This document shows positions 61,301-64,000 of a DNA stretch of 64,000 nt, piece by piece. The notes beneath the pieces are model-generated. The model did no database searches. It saw nothing but the letters and a program-made list of their open reading frames with translations, and was not told the DNA's origin. Source of the stretch: Obrimoposthia wandeli (Eukaryota); contig CDROCS010003925.1 in assembly GCA_977020255.1 (NCBI GenBank), positions 124,001 to 188,000 on the forward strand, given 5' to 3'. The translations under genes were made by a program, and so were the position numbers. Numbering within the stretch: position 1 is the first letter of the stretch; every line of letters starts with the position of its first letter.

Positions 61301-63761
61301 TGAATATGATAATTTAACAATTAAAAAACCCCCACCGGAAAAAGTATTTTTAACACTATCCAATTAATTTAGTATAACTCCAAACACTGAACTTTCTATT
61401 TTAAGTAGTTTTTATACATAAATTTGTCAACATGTTATTTTCGAAAAGGGACTTTTGGGACACCTTGTATTATAGAAGAAGTTTTCTAGAACTTTTTATC
61501 AGAACCACATAAGCTTCACTGTGTTTAAAGTCGAAAATTCCAGTTTTAAGAAGGTTTATACGTTGAGAAGCAATTTTAATGTTATTCATTGAATATTTAC
61601 AATTCAAAAAGTATTGCAATGAAACAGCAAATAAGGGAATGTTTATTACTAACATGTTTGGATATGGAAACCCATCATCAGTACTGGCGTTAAATGAGAA
61701 TGTGCAACATACAAAATAGTAAGATTATACAATCAGGTTTTGTGTGCTTCTATATTATCACTACTTCTAATTGAGAGTATCTATTGGGTTTTCTAGTAGC
61801 TAACCTTCGGTTTTTCTTTCATCAATGCTGTTCCGATAATCTGGAGAATCACATAAATTGAACCCACAAGCAAAAACGACATCCGTATTCTTTCGTTTTC
61901 GTCTTTTTCAATAGATTTTGATTCGCTAAATGAATAAAAATGAATTAGGGCAGTAAGAAAACTTTCAGATATGTCTATGCCAAATAATTTCGTGTTGATA
62001 TAACCGAACTTCTTGTCTATAAACTAGACACCCAAAATCTTTACCATACATAAGTCGGTAACACCATAGTTAACCTTGTTTGTGTAGTCTTTAAATTTGA
62101 ATTCATTTAAATTTTGATTATTAGAAGGACTTGAAAATCTTATCCTATTCCTCAAAAACCTGAAGCAGTGAGTTGTGCAGAAAGGTGTGACAATGCGGCA
62201 GTGACTGAAGAGTTCAAAACATACGAATCAAACTCCCAGCAATGGAAAAGACAAAAACTTGTTATTAAAGCAGTGAATCTGAAAATGCATTGCCGTCCGT
62301 TCCGAAAATGGTTTAAACCAGAAGAGGAGTCACAAGAACGTCGATTATCTCTAGGCGCAATGACAATAAAAGAGCGTCTACCACTGGAATTTAATTTTGA
62401 GATATAGACATGGTCAGAAACATATGTATGCACAAACTAACAATTTAACATATGAAACAGAATATTTAGTTGTAACAATCAATTATTAGTTGCGATCTGT
62501 CACAAAAACATGAAATGGATGTATAGGCTTTTAAAAGATTTCATTTTCGAAAATAGGAACATTATATTTCAGCCTGTCATTTAAACAGATTCAAGAGTCT
62601 TACTAAGTCATTTAGCTACTCTGATTTGTTAATAAGTGTTCTCTAAACATCTGCATTTCATAATAAACATCAATATCTACATCTGGTATCGAAATGTTAC
62701 AAATTACAGTGATAATTTAATTAAACAAGGATAACAATATTAAAATGCTATTTTAGACATCAAATAATAATTTAGAATATTTTGACTTGATTGCGTATCA
62801 AAAGGATTTTTGTCATAATCAGGATGCAACACCATTCTTATAAGCTTATTTTTATTCGAGAGAAAATTTTCACTTTCATTCTGAGAAAGCGTACATTCTG
62901 TGTACATTTGTTACTTCATTTCATAGGCTCTGCACTTCTTGTATGACCCTTTTATATCACCTCAAACTAGCCTCACTGAAATTGCTAAAATTCGATTTTT
63001 AACCAATCTTTTACTGATTTCTAAATGAAACCTTTCTTGCGTCTCCATAAAAAGTAGAGTGGAAGGAAATATAAACACACGTAACTTTCTTAAGACCGAA
63101 GTTTTCCCACAGCTTTCAATATTTTCCTATAATTTAGTAAAATAAAAAACCTTGGTTGCGTTTCCAATGAAAATATTACCCTTCATTGCCAAATTAATAA
63201 AGTGATAATAACAATATTCCAGCTTAACAATTATATCACTAGCAATTTTTTTAAGAAAACCGTCAGAATTATATTCAAATGAGAGAAAAGTGCCAGTAAA
63301 AGTAAACATTTAATGAACCTTCATTGGCTTCTGTTCAATGTCAGAATTGAATTCAAGATCCTAATTATTATCAACTAATGTATTTTCTCACAAAAAGTCC
63401 AAATATTTATATGATCTTCTCGAGCCTGATGCAATAAGCATGTATATACATCTTAGGGCATCGATTATGATAATAGAATTGTAAAAAAGAAGAAATAAAT
63501 AAACAGAATGATCGAATATGATCGATTCGAAAATATACACTTCATGAGATATTACACTTTCGAGTAATAAATCATAGGTTAATTAGATATTAGTGCAGTA
63601 TTCAATAAATTATTGTTTTTCATCAAATTATCTTAAAGTTTATTTAAAAAATTCGAAATTACCTACATGAATGTGGATTGGATGAGGTCGAAAACAAAGG
63701 CTGATAGACCGAATCCCGAAACAATAAATCCCGAAATTGCTCCTTGTTTGCCAGGAAACCA
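46302..63761 (-). CDS. OxlT-like (oxalate:formate antiporter family) MFS transporter, 5'-partial; exons 63761-63667, 61925-61805, 58820-58765, 52061-51941, 50225-50103, 49073-48846, 46959-46839, 46363-46302
   Basis: [24 protein letters not shown]; [12 protein letters not shown] (MFS motif A); [30 protein letters not shown]; splice phases compatible across all junctions listed. Confidence 0.85.
52100..52800 (-). mobile_element. Decayed Tc1/mariner transposase remnant
   Basis: [11 protein letters not shown] (52560-52537) and [12 protein letters not shown] (~52457-52420). Confidence 0.65.
53739..55107 (+). mobile_element. Decayed hAT (Charlie/SPIN, GTF2IRD2-like) transposon
   Basis: MCLICG...EYNVKRHYEKQH zinc finger, [22 protein letters not shown]; ends resemble CAG..GCGGCTC / ..GACGCCTG. 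Confidence 0.65.
56303..56458 (-). pseudogene. Poly(A)-binding protein RRM1 fragment (truncated pseudogene)
   Basis: [48 protein letters not shown] closely follows the PABP N-terminus [27 protein letters not shown]; stop where RNP1 should be. Confidence 0.8.
57525..59765. mobile_element. Two inverted copies of a foldback/MITE-like unit with long repeated arms (57525-58390, 58975-59765)
   Basis: Arms start GGA(C/A)GTTTCGGAC and contain TTTAGTTTAGTTGAAGATGGTG repeats in alternating orientation; both cores share CATCGACCTAATTAC. Confidence 0.6.
60445..60931. mobile_element. Non-autonomous hAT (Buster/Charlie-type) MITE
   Basis: TIRs CAGTG(A/T)TTCCCAATCT; perfect 8-bp TSD TTCTAGAC at 60437-60444 and 60932-60939; internal TGTGTCGCG repeats. 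Confidence 0.92.
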
Positions 63762-64000
63762 CTGCGAAACAAAATCGACATTTTGCAGCTATAAATACAT
63801 ACACTTAATAGCAATAAAGAAACCAAAAAGACTGAAAATCCAAATTATTTTATGCATGGAAATTGATGGATTTTTTGCCATATTGGAAGTCTGGAGTTTT
63901 TCAGTAATAAGGTACATTCATATCAAATTCACTATCCAATCCCAATTACTTTAATAATTACAATAACATATAAATAATTTATATTTATTTGTATAATAAA

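Noticed and set aside
62152-62433. Overlapping short ORFs on both strands
   Set aside because: No recognisable family motif, and no splice-compatible fit to the MFS gene.
63667-63954. Plus-strand 95-aa ORF
   Set aside because: Antisense to MFS exon 63761-63667.

Overview
AT-rich invertebrate (metazoan) genomic DNA. The left 27 kb is a composite of two virus-like elements. (1) 1-9988 is the 3' part of a young Ty3/Gypsy LTR retroelement with an unusual layout. A chuvirus/herpes-gB-like fusion glycoprotein lies upstream of PR-RT-RH-INT. After INT come a signal-peptide/FN3/TM protein, a coiled-coil ORF and a REX4/ISG20-like DEDDh exonuclease, then a probable 3' LTR. The frame breaks I traced in the main ORF are single-base indels at homopolymer runs, so it may be one polyprotein of more than 2300 aa. 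(2) ~9989-26979 is a decayed Polinton/Maverick (packaging ATPase, integrase, penton, hexon-like MCP, adenain, pPolB with vOTU and EndoVII). Its extras are a TBP-like gene, a recurrent TATAAACAA motif before the structural genes, CCAAT+GTATATAAG promoters before the replication genes, short spliceosomal introns, a spliced N-terminal extension of pPolB with acidic Trp repeats, and a Maelstrom/DEDD-like nuclease. The retroelement appears to be nested inside the Polinton's left end. The rest is host DNA: a complete MNS1 gene (minus strand) and 8 exons of an OxlT-like MFS transporter gene (minus strand). Around and within these lie decayed BEL/Pao, Tc1, hAT and Polinton remnants, a hAT MITE with an 8-bp TSD, a foldback repeat pair and a PABP pseudogene fragment. 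All homology calls come from motif recognition by eye, with no database searches.
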